Notes: a model not told the origin generated them from the sequence alone. A stretch of 39,477 nucleotides of DNA from Thermoplasmatales archaeon (GCA_020341795.1 CP070836.1:1749722-1789198), one strand, 5' to 3'. Positions 1 to 9,636 are shown, numbered from the stretch's first letter. Program-made: numbers and translations.

Positions 1-120
1 ACTCAAAAAGAAGATAATGTTACTCTCTATGAAAAGTATGGATTTTCTGTTAAGAAAAAAATAATTCTTCCAGAACCATTGAATTTACCAATGTGGCTTA
101 TGGTTCGAGATGCGAAATAA
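1..120 (+). CDS. 3' end of probable GNAT family N-acetyltransferase (partial)
   Basis: Frame 1 reads TQKEDNVTLYEKYGFSVKKKIILPEPLNLPMWLMVRDAK*, matching the GNAT C-terminal N..LYE..GF pattern; not in the ORF track. Confidence 0.65.
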   Translation, partial: TQKEDNVTLYEKYGFSVKKKIILPEPLNLPMWLMVRDAK

Positions 121-185
121 ATTTGCAAAACAGTACTCAACTCTTTTTTACTGGTAAAAAAAGAGTTCAAATCACCTGATCTAGT

Positions 186-1400
186 TTAAATTATTCTTTT
201 TTGACATGATATAGTACATATTTTACATTCCTTCCCGCAGGGTTCAAAATGGATATCCACATTGCAAGAATCATATATTTCTTCTAGGCTTGATTTTAAC
301 CTATGGCATAACTCATGTGAGTTCTTTATTGGCATATCTTTATCAACAATGAGATGCATTTTTATATCCTCACCATTAGATCCCCGAATAATCTGAATTT
401 TATGAAAAGAAATAATTTCTTTTTGTTTATTTAATATATTTTCTATGATTCGTCTCTTTGTTTTTAAATCATTTTGTATTACCTTTGGATCGAGATGAAT
501 AATAGTTGAATAGTGTGTTCTGGCACAAATCTTCATCTCTAAATTATCCGCTATCTTATGTGCTTGATTAAGTGAGAGATTACTATCAAACTCTGCATGA
601 ATTGTTAGAATTTTTGTGGTTCCGTAATCATGAATTGATATATCATGAATACCTAGCACATTGTCAGTTTTTTGTGCGATTTCCTTAATTTGTTTAATCA
701 AATCTGGGTCAGGGCTTTGACCTATTAAAAAATTTGATGTAGTTCTTACAAGATTAATACCAACATAGATAATTATTAAAGATACAATTATTCCAAATAT
801 TGGATCAAGAATTGGAAAACCATATCTAGCACCTAAAATTCCAAATGCAACACCAATCGATGAAATTGCATCACTTCTATGATGCCAAGCATCCGCTTTT
901 AAAACATCGCTTTTAATTTTTTTTGCTATAGAATTTGAATATCTAGCCATTAATTCTTTTAAAATTGCCGATATTATTACTATAATACTAATAATTATAG
1001 CATATTCTCCATGTTGTAGGGTTTCTAAATTGATAATACGCTCTATTGATTGTTGAATAAAACCAATACCCACTAAAATCAATAAAATTGCAATTATTAA
1101 GGATGCAATATATTCAGCTCTTCCATGACCATAAGGATGATCTTTATCGGGTTTTTTCTTAGCAATTCTAAATCCAAAAATAACAACACCTGATGTTGAA
1201 ACATCTGATAAAGAGTGTACCCCATCAGCGATGAGTGCAATGCTGTTAATTAAAATTCCTAAAAATAATTTTATAAAAAATATTATAATATTTCCAATAA
1301 TGCTAATTGTTGCTTCTAAATAACCGTATTTTGCTCTAATATTTGGATCATTTATATCACCATAATCTGGAATAATTCTAAATTCATTTGATTTTAACAT
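186..1400 (-). CDS. Cation diffusion facilitator (CDF/FieF-like) transporter with two C-terminal dimerisation domains
   Basis: SIALIADGVHSLSD, HPYGHGRAE and ADAWHHRSD motifs; 6 TM segments; the 'AH..A..LE...IH.DP' CTD pattern occurs twice. Confidence 0.92.
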   Translation of the reverse strand: MLKSNEFRIIPDYGDINDPNIRAKYGYLEATISIIGNIIIFFIKLFLGILINSIALIADGVHSLSDVSTSGVVIFGFRIAKKKPDKDHPYGHGRAEYIASLIIAILLILVGIGFIQQSIERIINLETLQHGEYAIIISIIVIISAILKELMARYSNSIAKKIKSDVLKADAWHHRSDAISSIGVAFGILGARYGFPILDPIFGIIVSLIIIYVGINLVRTTSNFLIGQSPDPDLIKQIKEIAQKTDNVLGIHDISIHDYGTTKILTIHAEFDSNLSLNQAHKIADNLEMKICARTHYSTIIHLDPKVIQNDLKTKRRIIENILNKQKEIISFHKIQIIRGSNGEDIKMHLIVDKDMPIKNSHELCHRLKSSLEEIYDSCNVDIHFEPCGKECKICTISCQKRII

Positions 1401-1513
1401 TCAAATCCTTGATTTATTAAGGCGATATATGTTTTTGCTTTTAATTATCATTTAAAAATTTCATTTAATAGAGTAATAATGCTATTATTTTATGTAAATG
1501 GAATTCTTCCTCT

Positions 1514-1548
1514 TATCGTCGTAAATATCGTCAAAATTTCGTCGAAAA
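1514..1548. repeat. Three imperfect 11-12 bp direct repeats with TCGTC core
   Basis: TATCGTCGTAAA / TATCGTCAAAA / TTTCGTCGAAAA in the intergenic region upstream of the CDF gene. Confidence 0.55.
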
Positions 1549-1689
1549 TCTAAAAGTTTTTTTCTTAAATCTTTCTTTTTTTTATTTTTTTGCTGAAAAT
1601 GAGCCGAAACAAAAGTAATTATTATAGATATTTAAAGGACTTTCTTTATAAATGGAAAAAAAATATTATTATTATGAATGTTAACTGAT

Positions 1690-2409
1690 TTACCAAATTC
1701 CAGGTAATATTCTATATTTTACCTCTTTTATATAATCCATATAACCGATTAATTCTTTTTGTAGTGTTTTATCTTCTAAATAAGTTCTTATAAAAATTAA
1801 AACAATAGTAAAAGGTAATGGAATTAATCCCAAAAATGAACCAAGAACAAAAGGAATAGCAATAGTAAATAGAATACCTCCAGCATAACCTGGATGCCTT
1901 ATAAATCGATATGGTCCATCTTTACAGACTTTCTGGTTTCTATCCGATTGAATTCTTACAACTGACGAAAAGAATTTATTCGTCTGTTTTGCCCATAGTA
2001 CAATAGTCTGTCCTATTATATACAATATAACTCCAAAAATTATTAAACCTATAGGAACTTGTAGTCCCCACTCAAAACGACCTGCATCTAAAATTGAAAT
2101 TATAAACATAATAAAAAATATTGGTGTTGAAGTTAAATAATAAATTTTATCCCATTTTTTCATCCCTTTTCCTGGTTTTAGCCTTTCTTTTATAAGATCT
2201 TTCGTATTCAATAATATAATATAAGTTAAAACAATGAAAAAGATATTCAATCCATTGAATACCCACCCTTGCCAATAGTCAATTCGACCTGCTGAGATAA
2301 AAGTAATCGCTAAAAAAACAATGAAAATAAGAATTGATTTTAAAATTAATTTTATGTCTAAAGATTTGTTTTTAAATTTATTTTTTTCTACCACTATAAT
2401 ATCATCCAC
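1690..2409 (-). CDS. Isoprenylcysteine carboxyl methyltransferase (ICMT/PEMT) family membrane protein
   Basis: NKFFS..VRIQ, GPYRFIRHPGY and RTYLED..L...L.GY..Y...V.YR.LPGIW motifs. Confidence 0.88.
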   Translation of the reverse strand: MDDIIVVEKNKFKNKSLDIKLILKSILIFIVFLAITFISAGRIDYWQGWVFNGLNIFFIVLTYIILLNTKDLIKERLKPGKGMKKWDKIYYLTSTPIFFIMFIISILDAGRFEWGLQVPIGLIIFGVILYIIGQTIVLWAKQTNKFFSSVVRIQSDRNQKVCKDGPYRFIRHPGYAGGILFTIAIPFVLGSFLGLIPLPFTIVLIFIRTYLEDKTLQKELIGYMDYIKEVKYRILPGIW

Positions 2410-2435
2410 CTATTTTAATCAAAAATAAACATCTA

Positions 2436-3149
2436 TTATTTTAGATTATTTTTTAACATTTTAAGTATAGGTATTTCATTAAATTTATCTCCTAAGATAT
2501 TCCATTTTATACCTAATGGTTTTTCGTAAATTTTTTCTATTTTTATTATTTCATCTTGAGTAACTATATAATCTAGTGGGACATCATGTTCCATCATAGG
2601 AATATCATCTCTCAATATCTGACAGGGATGTACTGTTGAAAGTGTTGGAGTTACTTCATTAACAATATTAAACTCTCTAACAATCGCATATTCAAGATCA
2701 GAAAAACCTCCACCTTTTCCCACTTTTGCCCCAATTCGATTAACTGCAACCGACCCTATTATTATAAGATCTACAGTATCCATCTCATCAGGATATATCA
2801 TCCTTCCATATCTAAACGCTCCTTTTATTGTTGAAGCATAACTAATATTATCAATATTTTTGGGTATCAGTTCTAAAAAACATTTTTTTTCCTTTAAACG
2901 TGGAATAGCTATATACACTTTTTTATTATGCTTTAATGCTTTTTCTCTAATCCATTTTTGAGGTGAATCTGGATTTGATTTAATAATTCTGGATTTTCTC
3001 CATATAGATAATTCTTTTAGTTTTTCAGCAGCAATATTTGCCCCAATAAAATTAGGAATACGATCATAAACAGGCCTTGGAAATGAAGCAATATTCCTTT
3101 CTTCTATCAAATCCCATATATATTTCCTAATTTCTTCTTTATTTTTAAT
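2436..3149 (-). CDS. 5-formyltetrahydrofolate cyclo-ligase-like protein (MTHFSD/COG0212 type)
   Basis: FPRPVYDRIPNF, NPDSPQ, GKGGGFSDLEY and HDVPLD motifs; conserved N-terminal helix (KEEIRKYIW) lies upstream of the TTG at 3110, so the start is placed tentatively at ATT 3149. Confidence 0.85.
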   Translation of the reverse strand: MKNKEEIRKYIWDLIEERNIASFPRPVYDRIPNFIGANIAAEKLKELSIWRKSRIIKSNPDSPQKWIREKALKHNKKVYIAIPRLKEKKCFLELIPKNIDNISYASTIKGAFRYGRMIYPDEMDTVDLIIIGSVAVNRIGAKVGKGGGFSDLEYAIVREFNIVNEVTPTLSTVHPCQILRDDIPMMEHDVPLDYIVTQDEIIKIEKIYEKPLGIKWNILGDKFNEIPILKMLKNNLK

Positions 3150-3455
3150 TAGACCACGTCCACAAGAATATAAATTTGAAATATATAAAATAATTATGAG
3201 CAGTCTAAATAAAAAATAATCGGGTTTTCTCTTGTTAAGGATTTTTTATTTTTGTGATAAAAAACAAACTATAAAGTCAATGTTGCTACTGCTATTATAA
3301 TTGTAGCTATAGCTATAAAACTTACTCTTTTACATATCAGAGGTTCGAGAGAGATTATTTTAATATCATAAATTATTCGAGCGATTAATAATGACATAAT
3401 TTTTTACTCTTTATATACGATATACAATATATTCGATGGAATCTAAGATAATAAT

Positions 3456-3600
3456 TTATTTCGAAATTAATTCCAATTGGATTAGACATTTTTCGTATGT
3501 TTCCTTTGCTTTTAATGCAATTTTTTCATCAATCTTTTTACCCTTGTGAATTATATCATTACTGATTTCATGCATTTTGTACACTCGGTTTGCTAAATTG
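3456..3600 (-). pseudogene. 3' remnant of an unknown, possibly HEPN-like gene
   Basis: Reads ...NLANRVYKMHEISNDIIHKGKKIDEKIALKAKETYEKCLIQLELISK*; SNDIIH resembles a degenerate RxxxxH motif; abuts the integrase fragment. Confidence 0.35.
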
Positions 3601-4035
3601 ACATCAAACGCACGAAAAGCTCTTTCCTTAAATAGTTTCGGTAAAAGAATTGGTGAACATTTTATCCGAAGTCATCTTAAAGAATGTGCAAGTGAAGCAG
3701 GTATACAAAAAAATGTCTATCCTCATATGTTTCGGGCATCCTGCATAACGCACCTTTTGAATAAAGATATAAATCTACTAACAGTTCAGCACCATGCAGG
3801 TCACAGAGATTTTAGAACAACAATGAAATATAATAGATCAACACAGCAACAAATGAAATCTCAAATTGAACGAGCCTTTGTTATAAAATCAGAGATGATA
3901 GCCGAGGATAGAGCTAAAGCAGTATTTGATAAGTATTTATGGGGAGAAATCACAATGAGCGAACTTAACAAGTTGCTTGAAGTTATGCAACCAAAAGATA
4001 TAAATCCAAATTCCGAATTTACTGGATACGTATAG
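3577..4035 (+). pseudogene. Tyrosine recombinase/integrase, C-terminal fragment (N-terminally truncated)
   Basis: HxxR (PHMFRAS), AGH and catalytic Tyr (TTMKY) present; only 152 aa, with no core-binding domain or first catalytic Arg. Confidence 0.85.
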
Positions 4036-4073
4036 GACGCATAGCTCCGTTTTGGCCACATAACTCCAAAATT

Positions 4074-4144
4074 GGGCGGGTAACAAAGTGGCTATGTGGC
4101 GGACTGCAGATCCGCATACGGGGGTTCAAATCCCTCCCCGCCCT
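4074..4144 (+). tRNA. tRNA-Cys (GCA), intronless, CCA not encoded
   Basis: Acceptor GGGCGGG/CCCGCCC, D-arm ACA/TGT, anticodon arm GCGGA-CTGCAGA-TCCGC, T-arm GGGGG-TTCAAAT-CCCTC, U73 discriminator. Confidence 0.96.
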
Positions 4145-4332
4145 TTAGTTCCAACAGGATAGAAGAGTGTCAATAGATCCTAAAATGGTTGTTTCTTAAA
4201 TTTCAATGTTATTTATCTGATGAATGTTAGGATGCTTGATTATGATAATTTGGTAATTAAAAAAAAGTAACCGTTTTATAAGCTGGAATTAATTCAAAAT
4301 ATGAAGATATTGTAAAAAAAGGAGGAAAAAAT

Positions 4333-4758
4333 ATGGTAATGATTCTGGAAGATGTGAAAGTAAATGTGAAAGTAAAGCTTGCATTATTATGGGTAGCTTT
4401 AATGTTTTTTTATATATATAACGATGTATTCTCATTGTTTCAACCATGGCATGTCGCAGAGTTAGTAGAGGGACATTTAGAAGGTATACAATTTACTCAA
4501 GAACTTTTGTTCGGAGCTGCAATTTTAATGGCACTTCCGAGTATTATGGTTTTTCTGTCCTTGACATTGAAGGCTAATGTGAATCGCATGGTAAATATCA
4601 TAGTAGGTATATTCCACATTATTGTTTTGGTCAGTACATTGCTTGTACCAGGGGATCTTTGGGCTTATTATGCATTATATATGGTTTTTGAAGCAGTATT
4701 TATTTTACTAATTATCTGGACTGCATGGAAGTGGCCTATACAAACAACAAAATCCTAA
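4333..4758 (+). CDS. DUF6326-like small 4-TM membrane protein
   Basis: KLALLW...MF.YIY.D and 'IIWTAWKWP' ending typical of this family; strong GGAGG SD at 4321. Confidence 0.7.
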   Translation: MVMILEDVKVNVKVKLALLWVALMFFYIYNDVFSLFQPWHVAELVEGHLEGIQFTQELLFGAAILMALPSIMVFLSLTLKANVNRMVNIIVGIFHIIVLVSTLLVPGDLWAYYALYMVFEAVFILLIIWTAWKWPIQTTKS

Positions 4759-4877
4759 TAGTGAATATTGCTTTAAGGAAATATGCCAGATCGATGCGAG
4801 TAGTTATTGAAGAAATAAAGTATTTTTTATCTGTAAAAACAAGTTCAAAACTTTTTCCCGCAAATATAAAGCACTGG

Positions 4878-5432
4878 CTAATTAAGTCCATGTCCAGATT
4901 CTAACAAATCAACAAGTCGTGTAACAAATCAACCGGTTTGAGCCCCATTTATAACATCGTGATCTAACAGAATAGTCAAATGTAAAATATCTTGTATCTA
5001 AATCTTTTTATTAACTACCCAAGTTTTTCCAATAATTGACCCTAAACGAAAACATAAATTATGCATATCTTTAGGTAGTACCCAACCAGGAAATCTACTA
5101 ATCATTCCAATTAAAGTTACAACAGTTCCCATGCTCTGTTTTTTTTTAAAGGATTACGTATAATAGAACGCCAAAATAGCATTCTTAACCATTGAGGCAT
5201 AGATTAAAAAGATTCATTTTAACCTTAGATTGTTTCACCCTAAAACAAAATCGCTTTCATCCTGAACAATTTTATTCTTTACAGATTGAATCTCTTGGTT
5301 TATTTCTTGAATTGATTTTGTATTTGTATTTTTTATCAATACTGGGAGTAATACTCTTTTGTTATCTAATCCCTTTTTAACTGGCATTGCAATAATTAAT
5401 ATTATCAAAGAGAAGAAGCTTGTTTGTTCCAT
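4878..5432 (-). pseudogene. Decayed 2-oxoacid dehydrogenase E2-like acyltransferase catalytic domain
   Basis: MGTVVTLIGM..GWVLP..MHNLCFRLGSI...KI*IQDILHLTILLDHDVINGAQTG*FVTRLVDLLESGHGLN*; internal stops at 4998-5000 and 4929-4931; ORF 5235..5432 is its upstream part. Confidence 0.8.
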
Positions 5433-5749
5433 AAAGAAATCTCCTAAAAATATAAAAATTATAGCATCATAAAAATTTTAATTTCCATTGATATTTATGT
5501 TTAATTTAAATAATTTCTAATTATAGTATATATTATATTTTGATATGATTGTAAAAGAATGTTAAGTTGTTAATAATGTGATAAAAAATGTTTTGCTAAT
5601 GTATTTTAGAATTAGTAAATAAAAGAACCAATAAATCCTGATAAAATATAAATTGGACTTAAAACAACAGATTATAAAAACACTATTTATATAGCAATAC
5701 TATACACAATGACTTTTATACTTATAGAACATAATTGGAGAAAAAGAAA

Positions 5750-6721
5750 ATGGAAATAGTTATTTTACCGTTATCTATTATATCAATATTTACAATTGTT
5801 TTTATTATTGCTGCACTCTTTTATGCAATTTACAAGAAATGGATGATGACATATGCAATTATAGCAATTAGTTTTGTTGTTTTTGTAATTAGTCTTATTT
5901 TTAGTGAAGAAATTGTTGGTGAGCTTGCTTTTAGGCCGATTTATTTAACGGTTGAATTTTTTCCACAACTTTATACATTGTTTTCTTCGATGTTTCTTCA
6001 TAGCATTGTCAATCCTTTGCATATTATTTTTAATATGTTTATTTTTCTTCTGATTGCTCCAAATTTCGAAGATAGAATTGGTGCAAAGAAGTTTTTAGCA
6101 ATATATATTATAACTGGTTTTTGTGCAGCTATTGCTCATTCATTGGTTGCACCATTTTTTTCAAATGATCCAAATATTTCAAAAATTGGTCTAGTTGGTG
6201 CATCAGGTGCAATTGCTGGTATTCTTGGTGCTTATGCATTCTCATATCCACGTGATATGGTGTTTTTCCCTGTGATTTTTATAATCAGAATGCCTGTTAT
6301 TTATGCTGGTATATTTTTCCTTGCGATGAACACTTTTTTTACAATCATGCCTGGGGAAACTAATGTTGCATATTCAGCCCATGTTGGTGGTTTCATAGCC
6401 GGTATAATAATGGGCGCTATTTTTATCAGACGAAAAGGTCCTGCTTTAAATGAACCAATAACTAAAGAACAAAGAATTTATGATTCCTATACGCAACAAA
6501 AACCTAGTAAGATTGATTTTTCAGAATTAAAAAAACTTGCAACAACTCGTGAACTTAAAGAAATGCTTGTAAAAATTAAGGATGAAAACGTTCCACAGGT
6601 AAGAGAAATTTGGCTTGAGCATTTCCTTGAAAAAACAATATGTCCAAAATGTGGAAGCCCACTTAATCACTTTGATGAAAAAATATGGTGTGAAAAGTGT
6701 GATTTTAAAAGTAAATATTAA
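5750..6721 (+). CDS. Rhomboid family intramembrane serine protease with C-terminal Zn-ribbon
   Basis: SMFLH...HIIFNM, catalytic GASG and AHVGG; CPKC..WCEKC tail; ATG 5750 follows GGAG. Confidence 0.92.
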   Translation: MEIVILPLSIISIFTIVFIIAALFYAIYKKWMMTYAIIAISFVVFVISLIFSEEIVGELAFRPIYLTVEFFPQLYTLFSSMFLHSIVNPLHIIFNMFIFLLIAPNFEDRIGAKKFLAIYIITGFCAAIAHSLVAPFFSNDPNISKIGLVGASGAIAGILGAYAFSYPRDMVFFPVIFIIRMPVIYAGIFFLAMNTFFTIMPGETNVAYSAHVGGFIAGIIMGAIFIRRKGPALNEPITKEQRIYDSYTQQKPSKIDFSELKKLATTRELKEMLVKIKDENVPQVREIWLEHFLEKTICPKCGSPLNHFDEKIWCEKCDFKSKY

Positions 6722-6729
6722 ACTACAAT

Positions 6730-7662
6730 TTAAATGCTCAAACCCACAATTTTACCATAAATAATAAAACTGGAAATCAAATAACCGCCTATTGCACCGC
6801 TACAAAGAAGAGGTAAACCTGCTTGTGGTTTCCCTTTCATTACCGATGTCATCAAAATGAGAAAACCTATGAGTGTACCAAGAATTACCGAAAGTGCAAT
6901 TGGAAGTCCATTTTCGATATGTGAATATGCTGCTGCAACAAGTATTCCTGGCATCACAATATCTCCTAGTCCCATGAAAAATGCGTCTCTTTCTTCTCCT
7001 TCTTCAATTTGTTCTTTCAGACGTCTTGTCTCTTTAATTAGTGAATATTTTCTTATCTTTGGCACAACAAGAAGTATCGGTAGTTTAAGATCCATTACAG
7101 TGTCTGCAAGATCAATCATATGCTTGGTTTTGTACACAGATATCGCATCATAAATCGCAAGACCAATAAGCAACAAAATTACAAGTAAAATGCCAAGCGA
7201 TATTCCAAAAATAATAATAGCTCCAACACCAATAATTATCCCTGATAAATCAATAACATACCACTCTGGATATTTATAAAGAATAATAACAAGTATTATC
7301 GCAAGTAAAATAGATAATCCAAGTACGATATATGGATAATTTGGAAATATAATATTTAAAACCGGTAAGAAAAACGCATAAAACGAGGTATAACCAACCG
7401 CGAACAATATTATAAATTGTATAATTTTATCTTTCCAATACCTTGCAATAAGCAATATTACAACTGTAATTGCAAGCATTATGACAATTATCTGAAGAAT
7501 ATTTATTGGATTGTTAATATCCTCACCCCAGACTTGCTCAACACCACCTCGAATTACAAAAGGTTCAATTAGAATAATCACTAGACCATAGATTAACAAA
7601 AATAATAGACCCATAATTGCTACTGCAAAATACTCTTTTTTATCTTTTTTAAACATAAACAT
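6730..7662 (-). CDS. Presenilin/SPP-like intramembrane aspartyl protease (PSH)
   Basis: YD (AIYDAISVY), GLGD and PQAGLP motifs; ~9 TM segments. Confidence 0.93.
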   Translation of the reverse strand: MFMFKKDKKEYFAVAIMGLLFLLIYGLVIILIEPFVIRGGVEQVWGEDINNPINILQIIVIMLAITVVILLIARYWKDKIIQFIILFAVGYTSFYAFFLPVLNIIFPNYPYIVLGLSILLAIILVIILYKYPEWYVIDLSGIIIGVGAIIIFGISLGILLVILLLIGLAIYDAISVYKTKHMIDLADTVMDLKLPILLVVPKIRKYSLIKETRRLKEQIEEGEERDAFFMGLGDIVMPGILVAAAYSHIENGLPIALSVILGTLIGFLILMTSVMKGKPQAGLPLLCSGAIGGYLISSFIIYGKIVGLSI

Positions 7663-7704
7663 TTGTGATATAAGTTTTTCACTATTTAACGGGTTTGATA
7701 TTTA

Positions 7705-8664
7705 TCATTTAGGAATTATATACCAGATGAAAATGGCATATATTATAAGCATTAATACCCCTTCTTTTCTGGAAATTATATTTCCTGTGAAACAAATAGG
7801 TATCATTAATAATGAAATTCCTGAAAGTATCAAAATGTTATCAATAGATTCCGCGGCATTTAATGGAATGAAAAGCGCAGCAAAACCTAAAATTAGTAAA
7901 ATATTAAACACATTTGAACCTAGTACATTACCAACTGCAACATCTGATTCACCCTTATAAGCAGCCATCGCTGATACAACTAACTCAGGAAGAGATGTTC
8001 CTATTGCAACCATTGAAATCGCTATTATAAATGTTGGTATACTGAGTATATTAGCAATAGTAACAGCTGATTCAATAAGTAGATATGAACCAATTACGAC
8101 TCCTACAATTCCAAGCATTATAAGAATTATGTTTTTCCAAGTTTTACCAGAGTTGTATTTTTTATTATTGAATCTTTCTTTTTTAGCGCAATAGACGAAA
8201 AATCCGACAAAAACAGTAAAAAGTACAAGAAATGATACTCCTCCTATAATATGATATGATCTATCTAATAGACCAAAATACGCCCAAATTAAAAGTATTA
8301 TTGTAGCAACTATCATTATAGGTACTTCACGTTTTATGATTCCTCCTTTTATTTTTATAGGTTTTATTATTGAAGCGATTCCAAGAACTAACAATAGATT
8401 TGCTATACATGATCCAATTATGTTTCCTAACGAGATACCAGCACTATCAATATTATTCTGAACAGCAGCACCAACAGATATTGCAAACTCTGGTGCACTT
8501 GTTCCAAAACCCACGAGCAAAACAGAGATAATTAAAGCAGAAACCCCCAACTGTACTGCAGTTTTTACAGTACCATCTACTAGAATGTCAGATCCTTTGT
8601 ATAATAATAATACTCCTCCAATAAATGCAGGTATTGCTAGAAACTCAAGACCATTGGTAAACAT
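7705..8664 (-). CDS. Ca2+/Na+ antiporter (CaCA, YrbG-like)
   Basis: Two alpha repeats GTSAPE...GNIIGS and GTSLPE...GNVLGSN. Confidence 0.93.
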   Translation of the reverse strand: MFTNGLEFLAIPAFIGGVLLLYKGSDILVDGTVKTAVQLGVSALIISVLLVGFGTSAPEFAISVGAAVQNNIDSAGISLGNIIGSCIANLLLVLGIASIIKPIKIKGGIIKREVPIMIVATIILLIWAYFGLLDRSYHIIGGVSFLVLFTVFVGFFVYCAKKERFNNKKYNSGKTWKNIILIMLGIVGVVIGSYLLIESAVTIANILSIPTFIIAISMVAIGTSLPELVVSAMAAYKGESDVAVGNVLGSNVFNILLILGFAALFIPLNAAESIDNILILSGISLLMIPICFTGNIISRKEGVLMLIIYAIFIWYIIPK

Positions 8665-8783
8665 TTTGAGGAGTAATAATAACCCTTATTTATATATCTA
8701 ACAGTTTTATTATAATATTGAAGATTTGTACAAGTGATAAAGTTTTTCTATAAAATAATATTAAGAATAATCAGTGAAAAAGT

Positions 8784-9593
8784 ATGCCAAAAGGAAAATT
8801 AACTTTTATTGGACTTGGACTTTATGATGAAAAAGACATATCAGTTAAAGGATTAGAAGAAATAAAAAAATCAGATAATGTATATGCAGAGTTTTATACA
8901 GCAAAACTAGTTGGTGCTAATTTTAAAAATTTAAATAAAATTACAGGTAAAAAAATTAATATATTAACTCGTGAACAAACTGAAAAAGGAGATATTATAT
9001 TAAGCTCTGCAAAAAATCAAAATGTTGTTTTTTTAACAGCTGGAGATCCAATGACAGCAACAACTCATATAGATATATGTTTAAGAGCAATAAAACAAGG
9101 TATTTTTACAAAAATAATTCATGGTGCAAGTATTGTAACAGCAGTACCTGGGTTACTTGGTCTTCAAAATTATAAGTTTGGACGGACAACAACTCTTGCG
9201 TATCCTGAAGGTGATTATTTCCCAACAAGTCCTTATGATGTTATTATGGATATTAAAAAAATGGGTCTACATACATTAGTTCTTCTTGATATACAAGCTG
9301 AAAAAGAAAAATATATGACTGCTGGAGAAGGAATAAAATATCTTTTAAAAATGGAAGAAAAAAAAGGTATGAAATTATTTAATAATAATAGTATCATATG
9401 TGTTGTAGCCAGTGCTGGTTCAGACAAACCAATTGTAAGAGCAGGAACTATGCAAGATATGCAACAAATGGATTTTGGCCCTCCCCTTCATAGTATTGTT
9501 ATCCCAGGAAAGCTTCATTTCATGGAAATAGAAACACTCATGGTACTTGCACAATTACCTGCACAACAGGGGGAAAAATTGCAAAAAGTATAA
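8784..9593 (+). CDS. dph5: Diphthine synthase
   Basis: FIGLGL, EFYT, GDPMTATTH, GLQNYKFG and GLHTLVLLDI motifs. Confidence 0.96.
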   Translation: MPKGKLTFIGLGLYDEKDISVKGLEEIKKSDNVYAEFYTAKLVGANFKNLNKITGKKINILTREQTEKGDIILSSAKNQNVVFLTAGDPMTATTHIDICLRAIKQGIFTKIIHGASIVTAVPGLLGLQNYKFGRTTTLAYPEGDYFPTSPYDVIMDIKKMGLHTLVLLDIQAEKEKYMTAGEGIKYLLKMEEKKGMKLFNNNSIICVVASAGSDKPIVRAGTMQDMQQMDFGPPLHSIVIPGKLHFMEIETLMVLAQLPAQQGEKLQKV

Positions 9594-9636
9594 TAAACCC
9601 AGGTTGTATATTGACGAATTAATAAGGGGATTTGAG

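Noticed and set aside
3268-3335. Short minus-strand hydrophobic stretch (FIAIATIIIAVATLTL*)
   Set aside because: No start codon and too short to call; at most another decayed remnant
4902-4933. TAACAAATCAAC direct repeat (2 copies)
   Set aside because: Lies within the E2-like pseudogene coding remnant; two copies 20 bp apart, not CRISPR-like
5192-5380. 62-aa plus-strand ORF
   Set aside because: Antisense to the E2-like pseudogene
9547-9636. N-terminal extension of the HerA-like ORF; similar extensions at 13893, 20012, 28276, 32886, 36371 and 37095
   Set aside because: They overlap neighbouring genes or SD sequences; downstream ATGs fit better
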